DNA from: Candidatus Latescibacterota bacterium
GTDB taxonomy: Bacteria > Latescibacterota > UBA2968
DNA length: 64,000 nt
Reading direction: 5' to 3'
Assembly (NCBI GenBank): GCA_965198115.1
Contig: OZ240241.1
Coordinates: forward strand, 4,544,001-4,608,000
Made by a program: the position numbers and the translations under genes. The notes under the pieces are model-generated. The model did not search any database, had not been told where the DNA came from, and saw only the letters and a list, made by a program, of their open reading frames with translations. Shown piece after piece: positions 22,608 to 31,493 of this stretch; within the stretch, counting starts at the first letter, position 1; the number at the start of each line of letters is the position of its first letter.

Positions 22608-23793
22608 TAGCTCCAGCGTCCGAATCGAAGGATTCGGCTCTCAGTCCTGTGGCGACCATCGCTCCCACAAGGTAGAGACTCGCTCCCATGAACAGGATGA
22701 CGTCGGATGACACCACGGCCTGCTGCGACGACCACCCCAGAATCGGCCCGACTGCCGAGCCGAAGTCCGAAGCCGTGGAATAGGAAGCAACGCTCCTCGG
22801 TCCTCGCGATCCCGCTTCGGCCGTGAGAGCAACGGTCGCACCGACACCGCAAACGAACAGGACGAGGACGGCCCCGATCAGCGCACCAGGGTGGCCTACC
22901 CATCCCCCGGTCGCCAGCCCACATCCCCCGATCGAGAAAAACAGAATCGCACTCGCACGGCGCCCTACCCGATCACTCAGATGACCCATCGCCGGAGCAC
23001 CCAACAATTCCGCGACCCATCGTCCCGCGAGCAGAAACCCAGTGAGGGAAGCCACGCCCACCCCCACCCCGAAGAGGTGGACCTCGCGACCGAGTTCGGA
23101 CGCGAGCAGCAGCCCCAGCGTCGACATCATCAACCCGGGCCCGGCGCACCCGACGACAAATCCGCACCCCAGGAGACCCCAGGATGATCGGTCGAGGACA
23201 ACTCTCCTGGGTTTGTCTGTCTCGCGATGTCGCAACGATCGCCTCGACGCCACACCGAGGGGGACGGCCAGGAGGGATGCGACGCCGAAGATCAGTAGTG
23301 CGGTCGCAAACCCCAGCAGGTCGTGTCCGACTGCACCGGCCAAGTTTCCTACCACCGAACCAGTCCTGGACAGGCCGCTGTAAACGCCCATCATCCTCCC
23401 CAGGCGCCCCTCTTCTGCGCTGTCGACGACCGTCATCACCCCGACCTGCCGAATGAAGGACCAGGACAGCCCCCAAAGCATTCTGGCTGCGAGAAGCAGG
23501 CTGAAGACGCGAACATAGGCATAGGCGAACGTCAGCGACGCGCCGAGAGTGAACGCCAGCGTGATCAGCAGCATCAGCGAGAGTCGCCGACACAGAACCT
23601 CGGCCAGCCGATTGGTCACCAATCGTATCCATCGGTTGGCCGACAGGATGATCCCCACCTGAATCGGCTCCAGCCCGAGCTCCGTATAGTAGGTCGGAAG
23701 CACCGAATAGAGCAGCTGATCGCCCAGGAGCGAAAATGCCGTCGCGGCCCCGATCAGGTAAACAGGTTTGGGCGATTTGCGGAGTTCTGACAC
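22588..23793 (-). CDS. MFS transporter
   Basis: About 12 TM helices; GDQLLYSVLP, GHLSDRVGRR motif A; last codons now come from the IS630 end. Confidence 0.9.
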   Translation of the reverse strand: MSELRKSPKPVYLIGAATAFSLLGDQLLYSVLPTYYTELGLEPIQVGIILSANRWIRLVTNRLAEVLCRRLSLMLLITLAFTLGASLTFAYAYVRVFSLLLAARMLWGLSWSFIRQVGVMTVVDSAEEGRLGRMMGVYSGLSRTGSVVGNLAGAVGHDLLGFATALLIFGVASLLAVPLGVASRRSLRHRETDKPRRVVLDRSSWGLLGCGFVVGCAGPGLMMSTLGLLLASELGREVHLFGVGVGVASLTGFLLAGRWVAELLGAPAMGHLSDRVGRRASAILFFSIGGCGLATGGWVGHPGALIGAVLVLFVCGVGATVALTAEAGSRGPRSVASYSTASDFGSAVGPILGWSSQQAVVSSDVILFMGASLYLVGAMVATGLRAESFDSDAGASVTSRV

Positions 23794-23803
23794 ACATCCT
23801 CAC

Positions 23804-23831
23804 AAAAGGAAAGGCGACCCGAAGGTCGCCT
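23804..23831 (-). terminator. Intrinsic terminator
   Basis: Minus strand AGGCGACC-TTCG-GGTCGCCT followed by TCCTTTT. Confidence 0.7.
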
Positions 23832-23892
23832 CCTCCACGAATCGAGTAGCAACCGCGAACGGGCTGACCACTCGAACTTCATTGCCGACGCT

Positions 23893-24621
23893 CTACGGGA
23901 AGTGGCTCAAGCCCTCATCCTGTCGATTCCCGTCGATCATCCCCTTTGTGTAGGCAGCCACTTGCGAGATCGCCTCGTCGACGAACGCTTTCCCCGCTTC
24001 GGCCGTCGCCTCGAGGGGCGCTTTGTCATCCTGGTCCTGCATCGCGTCGTGGCGGACGCTGTCGGGGAACAGGTGCAAAGCGGTTGCCGTCTCGAATTCC
24101 TGCGCGTGTCCGGGATATCGTTTCGTCTTCAGATGGGGTTCAGCGAAATCCTTCGAAATCAGGTCCCAGTAGGAAACGAAGTGAAGGTTCGTCCCCGGAT
24201 CCCGCATCTTGAAGTAGAGCTGCCACTGGCCAATGTTGTTCTTCACCGGCGCGACGTTGCCCCCGTGACCGTTCAGAATCAGGACGTTCTCCACGCCGTG
24301 CCGGATCACACTCTCCACCGCATCGAAGAGGACGGCCAACCAACTGCCCGGCTTTGCCGTCATCGAGCCCTTGTGGCTCATATGGTGTTCCGAAATCCCG
24401 ATGTTCATGGGCACCGTCACGACTACGTTCGGATGCAGCGTCTTCGCCGCTTCCCGTGAGATATGGACGGAGTGGCGGATGTCGTGACCCGTCGTCAAAT
24501 GCTCGAGGTGTTGTTCGTTGCTGCCTGTGGGGATGATCGCTGTCTTGTATTGTCCCGACTCGATGCTCTCCCGGAACTCCCGGCGCGTCATCCGCGCCAG
24601 CATGACTTCCTGGTCTGCCAT
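23893..24621 (-). CDS. Creatininase/creatinine amidohydrolase family protein
   Basis: IPTGSNEQH, GISEHHM, LNGHGGN, GHAQEFET. Confidence 0.9.
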   Translation of the reverse strand: MADQEVMLARMTRREFRESIESGQYKTAIIPTGSNEQHLEHLTTGHDIRHSVHISREAAKTLHPNVVVTVPMNIGISEHHMSHKGSMTAKPGSWLAVLFDAVESVIRHGVENVLILNGHGGNVAPVKNNIGQWQLYFKMRDPGTNLHFVSYWDLISKDFAEPHLKTKRYPGHAQEFETATALHLFPDSVRHDAMQDQDDKAPLEATAEAGKAFVDEAISQVAAYTKGMIDGNRQDEGLSHFP

Positions 24622-24773
24622 ATCGCCCTCCTCGTGACCTGGTCTCTTGACGCGCCAATATGGGGTTTCGGCGGAGCGAACGGCAAGCGCGATCACATTG
24701 CGGTCGGGTTAACGAGAGGAAATGCGGTGGACGCTTCCTGTAGGCAGTGGTTGTGAGGTGAACGTTGCGGGTT

Positions 24774-24801
24774 TTCAATGTTCTATCTTCAATCTTCAAT
24801 G
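24774..24801. repeat. Four copies of a 7-bp tandem repeat
   Basis: TTCAATG TTCTATC TTCAATC TTCAATG directly after the inferred PcfJ stop. Confidence 0.7.
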
Positions 24802-24802
24802 A

Positions 24803-26523
24803 CTAAGCTCGTCTCGCCAGGGTCAGACCTTCCTGTTCCTGCCACAGTCTGAGAATGCGTCGCGATTGCTTGAGGTAGTATCGATACGTTCCTGCGAGCG
24901 CCTTTTTGGGCCGTTGGGCGTCTTGCCGCTCGGGAGCGCATTGTGCTTTCCACGGGCCTGGTTAATCCGGCGCGACCCGTTCTGCACGGACACGGTCATC
25001 ACTCGATAGGGTCTCGCATCGCCGGTCGTGACCTGCATCGACCAGACGGAGATCTTACCCTTTCGACAGTTGTTCGAGTAGGATCCGACACAGTGGCTCA
25101 TAGCCTTTCCTTCGGCCATCAGCTCTTTGGTGCTCAATAGCTCACGAATCGCCCATCTGTGAGACTCGCCCCCCGGGGTCTCTCTATCCTCGAGCTCGAA
25201 CGTCCCCAGGCCCGAGGGGCCCCAGGCGCGATCGGGGATACGTGTCTCTCGCGCCAGCTGCCGGTGCCAGATCTCCACCTCCCGCAACAGCTTGTCGATG
25301 CTCCTTCCCTTGACGGAGAAGTTGGGTTGTGGTGCTGGCCCGGTCGTTCGCTCCCCGCCGGGTTCTATGATCTCTTCGGGTTCGAATTTGCGGTGTTGGA
25401 TGTAGTCGACGAGCGGGCCGACCTGGTCGGGATCGAGCATCGGGTTGTTGACGAAGAAGTGAATCACCTTGGACCAGAAGGTCTCGTGTTCGAACGACCC
25501 TCCCAGCTGAGTCGCGTTAATGGCTTCGACCAGCGAGGCGTCGCCACCCAGACCCAGAACCTGTCCCCAGCGAAGCGCCTCCTCGATCGTGTAGCCATCC
25601 GGCGCCTGGAGGAAGAGGTGGGCCATCCGCTTCGTCAGATCGACCGGCGTGCCGGCCTTTCGAATGTTCCCGCCGTTCCCGACGTGGAGAAACCAGTCCT
25701 GGTGATCGCGAACCGCGCTCCCCTGAAGCCAAACCGCGTCCATAAAAGCCGGAACATCATACCGGCAGACCAGATGCCGAACCAGAGATCCGAACTGCCG
25801 ACGAGAGTTGCGAACGTCGGGACGCCAGGAACCGGGTTCCTCCAGCCAGCGGTCCTGACGGCGCGAAAGCTCGCACAACCCCTCGACGAACGTATTGCCC
25901 GGGACGGTACCCAGATTGGAAAGCGCCGGCTTCAGACCGAGCAGATCGCCCACAGATTCCGCCTGCAGCAGCGACCGTCTGAACGCATCACGCGCGCCGG
26001 CATCCGGAAGCGAAGACGCCTCGTCCTGAACAAGACGATAAAGAGGGCGCTCGAGTGCGCGATCGTCGACCGTGCCGTCGAAGATGGCCTGGATGACGTC
26101 AGCCGGTCGCCGCGAATGTCGCTTGGCCGACTTGAGTGCTGAATCTCCTCGAAACCGTTCAGCAAGCGCGATTTCCTTCTTCCGTTGCGCGTCGCTCTTG
26201 TGGAGTGCATCACCCAGCCCGTGTGTGACGCACCAGCTTCTGTAGGCGTCCCGGTCGGGCAAGCCGAGCTTTTCAACGTGGCGATCCAGGGCGGCCTCAT
26301 CCCGCGATCCATCCAGCTGTTGCTGTGCGAGGGAGCGCTCGTGACGCCGCTCCTGCCAGGTCTTGTTCAACGCACCGCTCAAACCGCGATCGTGGCACCA
26401 CGATTTGTAGGCCGACACGCCGTCCAGCCCGAGGGAGGCCAGATGCGCAGTCAGATCCGCATTCGCCCTCGCCGAAGCACCTCGATGTCGGCCTTTCCGC
26501 CGTCTGTTCGTTGACTTCGCCAC
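24803..26523 (-). CDS. PcfJ-domain protein with N-terminal tandem repeat; probable frameshift near 24905
   Basis: YDVPAFMDAVW, LTKRMAHLF, IRELLSTKELMAEGKAMSHCVGSY, QARGKHN; alternative frame gives ...RRILRLWQEQEGL...TAG. Confidence 0.8.
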
Positions 26524-26649
26524 ACGTTCTCCATTCGATTCCAATCGGCCACTCGGTCATCATTATCATGCAGCCTTCCGACCGAGGAGGCAATGCAGGG
26601 AGAGGCACCCGTTTGACACGGTGCCGGATGGAGCCCTCCGATCACACAC

Positions 26650-26682
26650 AAGAAACAGCCGGAGCATCTTTCGACGCCCCGG
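26650..26682 (-). terminator. Probable terminator after the ECF sigma operon
   Basis: Minus strand CCGGGGCGTC-GAAA-GATGCTCCGG then CTGTTTCTT. Confidence 0.6.
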
Positions 26683-26806
26683 ATGTTATGTTCGTGGTTT
26701 CACCGGCTCCCCGGGTGAGGCGCCCCTCCTCCCCCTAGATACGGTGGCTCGGCAAGACGATGTCGGCCCGACCAGGCCGGCCCACCACAGCTTCCAAGGA
26801 AGTGGG

Positions 26807-27388
26807 TCACATCGCCGCCACACCTCGTTCGCCCAATCGATCCTTCAGCTGCTGTCTAGCCCGGAAGAGCCACGTTTTGACCGTGCCGACCGGGACATTC
26901 AGTTCCTCGACGATCTCCAGATACGTGCGATCCTTGAGATACCGCAACTCCGTCACGTTTCGGTAAGGGTCCGGCAGGCCGCGTATCTCATCCTCCACCG
27001 TCGTCCGGCGCTCCTCCTGCAGGGTGAAGGCCTCGGGGTCGGGGACCCCCGATGGCTCCCACAGCTCTCGAAGGAAGGCGTCCTCCTTACCCACGACGTC
27101 AGCCCGCGCCCGTCTGGACTGCTCCGCCCGATGATAGGTGGTACATACATTCATCGCGATCTGCATCAACCAGGTCGAGAAAGCCGATTCACCTCGGAAT
27201 CCCGCCAGGCCGAGATAGGCACGCATGAATGTGGTCTGCAACAGGTCCTCCGCGTCCTCGCGACTGCGTGTACGATACAGGAGAGCCGAATAGATCCTCG
27301 ATTGATGCGCACGGTAGAGTTTGGTGAAAGCGTTCAGGTCACCCTCGAGTGTGCGCTGCACTAGTTCCGTTTCTCCAAGCGTCTCCAT
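26807..27388 (-). CDS. ECF-family RNA polymerase sigma-70 factor
   Basis: GDLNAFTKLY, EDAEDLLQTTF, FRGESAFSTWL, PVGTVKTWLFRAR. Confidence 0.93.
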   Translation of the reverse strand: METLGETELVQRTLEGDLNAFTKLYRAHQSRIYSALLYRTRSREDAEDLLQTTFMRAYLGLAGFRGESAFSTWLMQIAMNVCTTYHRAEQSRRARADVVGKEDAFLRELWEPSGVPDPEAFTLQEERRTTVEDEIRGLPDPYRNVTELRYLKDRTYLEIVEELNVPVGTVKTWLFRARQQLKDRLGERGVAAM

Positions 27389-27460
27389 GACGATCTCTTC
27401 TTTCTTTGACGGTTCATTGCGTGATAGGCGCCCTGGGGGCGCGATCTGAACTCTATGCCC

Positions 27461-27658
27461 CTACTCAGGGGTTTCCGTCGTCGACTCGATCATAGCCAGC
27501 CCGTCCCTCAGGTCGGGGCCATCGGTGAACATCCATTTCACCGCGTGGAACCCGAAAAAGGTCGAGACGAGGACAACGACGACCGTCAAACTGAAGAGAA
27601 AGTTTTTGAGGTTTTCCCTCTCATCTTTCCGGCTCAAGACTTCCTTGAACGTTCGCAT
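27461..27658 (-). CDS. Small single-TM membrane protein (65 aa)
   Basis: GGAGGAG RBS then ATG; hydrophobic FLFSLTVVVVLVSTFFGF. Confidence 0.65.
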   Translation of the reverse strand: MRTFKEVLSRKDERENLKNFLFSLTVVVVLVSTFFGFHAVKWMFTDGPDLRDGLAMIESTTETPE

Positions 27659-27682
27659 ACACTCCTCCAAACAGGTTGGTAC

Positions 27683-27850
27683 CTAAGTTCCAATTCCAGG
27701 GTCGATCTCTGCTCTGTCGAAGCCGTCGAATGTCTCGATGGCGATCTGTTCGCCAATACCTCGGGTTGTTTCGTCCGCGACGTTGGTAGACATTCGCAGG
27801 GCAACGTCGTAGCCCGCTGCGACGGTGTTCAGAGCACTGTGATAAGACAT
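27683..27850 (-). CDS. Small acidic protein (55 aa), not in the ORF track
   Basis: GGAGG RBS then ATG; MSYHSALNTVAAGYDVALRMSTNVADETTRGIGEQIAIETFDGFDRAEIDPGIGT. Confidence 0.55.
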   Translation of the reverse strand: MSYHSALNTVAAGYDVALRMSTNVADETTRGIGEQIAIETFDGFDRAEIDPGIGT

Positions 27851-27866
27851 GATTCCTCCAACCCGG

Positions 27867-28031
27867 TCACGGCTGACCGGGATTGCTGTTGCGATGATGT
27901 GATAGATGACCTAAATTGTTGAGAACGCGCCGGTTGTACCGAACGGCGTCGTTAGCTGACTGGGCCCTCGCGTCGTCCCGCCAAAGACTCGCGTGAGGGC
28001 CTGCTTTTATTTCGGTTCTACGTGGTGTCAC
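27867..28031 (-). CDS. Possible small basic protein (54 aa)
   Basis: GGGAGG RBS then GTG, open frame to TGA; overlaps hairpins, so it may instead be a structured leader. Confidence 0.3.
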   Translation of the reverse strand: MTPRRTEIKAGPHASLWRDDARAQSANDAVRYNRRVLNNLGHLSHHRNSNPGQP

Positions 28032-28199
28032 GTGAGACCTCCCTTCGTTCGGGTTGATTCCGCTCCACCTGGTGCCGATCCGCGGGCGATAGACCTCCGA
28101 TCCTCCTTTCTTTGACCGTCCTACTGTATAGACCCGGAAAAGTGCGGATCATTATAAAAAAAGGCCACAGCGTCGATTTTTTCTCGCGCGGCGGCCATT

Positions 28200-28225
28200 A
28201 AAAAAGCCGTCCTGAAGGGGACGGC
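28200..28225 (-). terminator. Intrinsic terminator
   Basis: Minus strand GCCGTCC-CCTTCA-GGACGGC-TTTTTT. Confidence 0.75.
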
Positions 28226-28517
28226 GGCAAAGGGGTGGGTTGGATACCCGATTTTGCCTGCAAATCCCCGCACGAGAGGAACCGAAGAAGCTTCGGCTTC
28301 GCCCCGGAGAGGACTCGCAGAGTCCAGAAACGCTCTAAAATGAGGGCGTTACTGAACGATGACTCTCCAGGACTCTACCTGGCTTCCGTGTTCAGCGGCT
28401 TACGAGTGCCGCACACGGACATGATTGCATTTACTCGATGCATCGTGCTCGTTCGATTGAAGGGTGAATGATATGGGTCTCGAATTTGTCATTATAATGG
28501 GCTTTCTCCACTGATAG
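28200..28517 (-). ncRNA. Candidate structured non-coding RNA, class unrecognised
   Basis: Upstream promoter, downstream terminator, at least seven hairpins and complementary loops CGAGU/ACUCG; no convincing ORF. Confidence 0.6.
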
Positions 28518-28523
28518 CACCAT

Positions 28524-28552
28524 AAGTTAACCCTGTAGGATTTGTCTGTCAA
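28524..28552 (-). promoter_or_regulatory. Sigma-70-type promoter
   Basis: Minus strand TTGACA-N17-TAACTT in an AT-rich context; a second TATAAT at 28491-28496. Confidence 0.6.
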
Positions 28553-28614
28553 CACGATAATTCAATATTCTGAACTTTTTTTCTGTAAGCGAACGTTGGG
28601 ATCAGCCCACACCC

Positions 28615-29832
28615 CTATTCAGATACGGATGCACCCGGTGCACCGATGGACATTCGGCCCCCCAGCAGCCTTTCGATCGAGGGATCCGCGCCCCAAAAGT
28701 TTCGAAGTGACGTGTAGTGTGCTACGGCCTCGTTCCGCCCACGCTCACCGGTGTTTACTGCCCGAATCAGTAGATTCTTCGATGTCACGTCGTGGGTCGC
28801 AAACTCGACCACGTCGGTCCTGTAGCCGGCCACTTCCAAAGCCGCCGCCCTGAGAGCATCGGTCAGCACATCTGCCGTTCTCTGCTTCAGGATTCCGTGC
28901 TTCAGCAGTGAATGATGTCCGTCTGCCCGGATCTGACCGCTCAACTCCTGCTGGCAGCAGGGGGCGGCGAGCAGCAGTTGCGCATCCCAAAGCACCCCGA
29001 GGGCGAGGGCTTCGTTCGTCGCCGTATCGCACGCGTGCAGACTCAGCACGACATCCGGGTTCACGTCCGGCTCGTAGTCGGCAATCGTGGACTGGACAAA
29101 GTGAACTGCTTTCAGACCGAGTTCGTCGGCGAGCGCGGTCCCTTTCTCGACCCGCTCCGAGTCTCTGTCCACACCCGTGACAACGACTGCCTGCTCTCTG
29201 ACATTCGTGAGATACACAATGACGGCAAAAGTCAGATACGCGCTCCCGCACCCACAGTCTACGATCTGAAGCGCCGCCCCGTCTTTCGCTGCCGGGATCC
29301 TTCGATCGATCAGCCGGAGGAAAGCATTGATCTGGCGATACTTCGCCTGCATCGTCGGCTTCACGCGCCCCGTCTCGTCTGCGATCCCGATGGCCTTGAG
29401 GTAGGGAGCGGCGTCATCAGCTGGAAGCATCGACGATTTGACCCGGTTATGCGCGAGGCGATCCCGCTCCACGCCAACCGATGGACGGCCTCGGGAGACG
29501 AGGGGTCGCCCCCGCTTGCTGATCTTCACGTGAATGTCGCCCGAGACCGACTGCAGGTGAAAGTGCGCGAACCCGGCATCCAGAACCTCCTGCGCCGTCG
29601 CTCGCCACGCTTCATCCTCCGCGTAGTTCTTCCGAATGTCCTGACGCCCGTCGAAGTAGACGAACTGGAGGTGCCGCGTATGCCTGATCTCGACCGGACG
29701 AACGGTGACCTTCTGCCAGGGCACATCTCTCCCACGTCGCTGGCCCGACGCCACAAATTGGATGAAAGTCTCGTCCTGCATCGCATCCAGTAGGGTTGTC
29801 TGATAGGTATGCCCCGTATCGGCGTCTTTCAC
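28615..29832 (-). CDS. Class I SAM-dependent methyltransferase
   Basis: KYRQINAFL, IVDCGCGSAYLTF, SLHACDTAT, APCCQ, TSKNLLIRA. Confidence 0.9.
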   Translation of the reverse strand: MKDADTGHTYQTTLLDAMQDETFIQFVASGQRRGRDVPWQKVTVRPVEIRHTRHLQFVYFDGRQDIRKNYAEDEAWRATAQEVLDAGFAHFHLQSVSGDIHVKISKRGRPLVSRGRPSVGVERDRLAHNRVKSSMLPADDAAPYLKAIGIADETGRVKPTMQAKYRQINAFLRLIDRRIPAAKDGAALQIVDCGCGSAYLTFAVIVYLTNVREQAVVVTGVDRDSERVEKGTALADELGLKAVHFVQSTIADYEPDVNPDVVLSLHACDTATNEALALGVLWDAQLLLAAPCCQQELSGQIRADGHHSLLKHGILKQRTADVLTDALRAAALEVAGYRTDVVEFATHDVTSKNLLIRAVNTGERGRNEAVAHYTSLRNFWGADPSIERLLGGRMSIGAPGASVSE

Positions 29833-29952
29833 GAATCAGGTCTCCTTAGGGGCAGGGCACCACACGCACATTCCGAAAAGGGGTTTTCTCTGACTCTCAA
29901 AAATGCCACATTGTGTAACGTACCTACACCCATAGAGATACGGAGCAGACGA

Positions 29953-30621
29953 GTGCAGGAATCGAAAACCACCCGATCGAGCAGCCTGGTCGAATTCATC
30001 AAGAGCGCGGTCCTCGTCATCGCCGTCTCGTTCTTCGTCCGTTCGACCGTGGTCCAGGCTTACCACGTCACATCCGGATCGATGGAAAACACGATCCTCA
30101 CGGGCGATTTCGTCATCGCCGACAAGCTCACCTACGGAACGCAGGTCCCCGATCGGCTTCCTTTCCTCGAAACGAAAGTGCCCTCGTTCCGTCTTCCCGG
30201 TTTCTCCAGTCCGACTTCGGGCGACCTGGTCATCATCGAATCACCCGAAGACAGCTCCAAGGACCTGTTCAAACGCTGTGTGGCAACCGCCGGACAGACC
30301 GTAGAAATCCGCGACAAACAACTCCTCGTCGACGGGAAGCCCTACCCGAACGCACCAGGCGTCAAATACACAGACTTGAGGACCTTCCCCTCGCGCTACA
30401 TCCCGCGTGACAACTTCGGTCCCGAACGTGTACCTGACGGACACATCTTCGTGATCGGCGACAACCGGGACAACAGCTATGATTCACGCTACTTCGGCCC
30501 CATCCCCATCCACAACATCAAGGCTCGTCCACTCGTCATCGCTTTCTCCCGCAATACCGAGCATCCTCTCTGGAGCCTCGCGAAGGCGATTCGCTGGGAC
30601 CGAATCGGCTCGATCGAGTAA
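29953..30621 (+). CDS. lepB: Signal peptidase I
   Basis: SGSMENT (catalytic Ser), LFKRC (catalytic Lys), GDNRDNSYDSRYFG. Confidence 0.95.
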   Translation: MQESKTTRSSSLVEFIKSAVLVIAVSFFVRSTVVQAYHVTSGSMENTILTGDFVIADKLTYGTQVPDRLPFLETKVPSFRLPGFSSPTSGDLVIIESPEDSSKDLFKRCVATAGQTVEIRDKQLLVDGKPYPNAPGVKYTDLRTFPSRYIPRDNFGPERVPDGHIFVIGDNRDNSYDSRYFGPIPIHNIKARPLVIAFSRNTEHPLWSLAKAIRWDRIGSIE

Positions 30622-30671
30622 CGCACCCCGATGGGGCCTCTGTCCGCTAGCCCGCCGGGCGAGTTGAAAAG

Positions 30672-30727
30672 ACAAAGACGTCCGCCGATCCCCTTCGGTG
30701 AAAGGGATGGGCGGACGTCTGTTTTTG
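30672..30727. terminator. Bidirectional terminator between convergent genes
   Basis: AGACGTCCGCC...GGCGGACGTCT long stem with A-rich left and T-rich right flanks. Confidence 0.75.
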
Positions 30728-30779
30728 CTCCCACTATGATCGGATCACTCCGCGCCGACGTCGGCCGGCCGATCTCAGA

Positions 30780-31316
30780 TCACTGAATGCGGCGCCACGT
30801 GTCCTTGAAGGTGTCGGTGTAGGTCGCCGTCATCACTCCATCGCCAAAGACTTCGGTGTAGCCGTCGTCGCCAGGAAGCGTACCCCCCGCGGCATCCTTC
30901 TTGGCGTGGTGATACGTGATTTTACCGTCTTCGATCGACGCTTTGCCTTTTTCCGTCTTGGCTCGGACGTAGTGGCTCAGCCCTTCGCGATCTCGATAAC
31001 CACGCTGAACGAGTGCGTGGCGTTTGCGCGTGATCGCCGACGTCGAAATCTCATACGTGCTCGCCGCGTAGTCGAAAATCTGCTTGTCCTCGCGGTTCTG
31101 GATCACCGTCACCGAAACGTGGGCCTTGCGGGCGTCGATCGGGTTCCAATGCATCAAGCCCTCGATGGCGGGTGGGCGAATCGTGCGCCCGTCTGCGAGC
31201 TCCCGCGAGTCGAGCGCCCACGTCCCCTTGCAGGCATCCTGCATCTGGCTCAACCGATCGCTGCAACCCGTTGCCATCAGCAAGGCGATAATAAACGTCA
31301 GCGTGGCTCTTCGCAT
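30780..31316 (-). CDS. Hypothetical lipoprotein (lipocalin-like)
   Basis: GGAGGAG RBS; signal peptide with lipobox-like MATGC; GTWAL near the N-terminus. Confidence 0.7.
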   Translation of the reverse strand: MRRATLTFIIALLMATGCSDRLSQMQDACKGTWALDSRELADGRTIRPPAIEGLMHWNPIDARKAHVSVTVIQNREDKQIFDYAASTYEISTSAITRKRHALVQRGYRDREGLSHYVRAKTEKGKASIEDGKITYHHAKKDAAGGTLPGDDGYTEVFGDGVMTATYTDTFKDTWRRIQ

Positions 31317-31493
31317 AGCTCCTCCAGGTCGAACCGTCCTGTCACTCTTCGATATCCACTCACCGAGCGGCGTCAAGATAGCCACACACGCGGACGAGGT
31401 CAACGATCTCGACCCGAATCACCACGCGTGCCTTTCCAACGGGCCAGATCCGCTTGAGGGGCGAACCGCAACCCGTCAGTCGAGTGACCGCGG

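Noticed and set aside
27683-27850. 55-aa ORF as a RiPP precursor
   Set aside because: No modifying enzymes, peptidase or transporter nearby, and no recognisable leader motif.
27940-27970. CCCAGTCAGCTAAC on the minus strand, resembling the 3' end of a c-di-AMP (ydaO) riboswitch
   Set aside because: The upstream conserved elements (GCUGAAUCC, GGGGUGAAUC) are absent.
28400-28495. Possible tmRNA tag frame or 30-aa peptide (MTNSRPISF...) inside the RNA candidate
   Set aside because: No tRNA-like ends, no ALAA-type tag ending and poor RBS spacing. A short peptide cannot be fully excluded.
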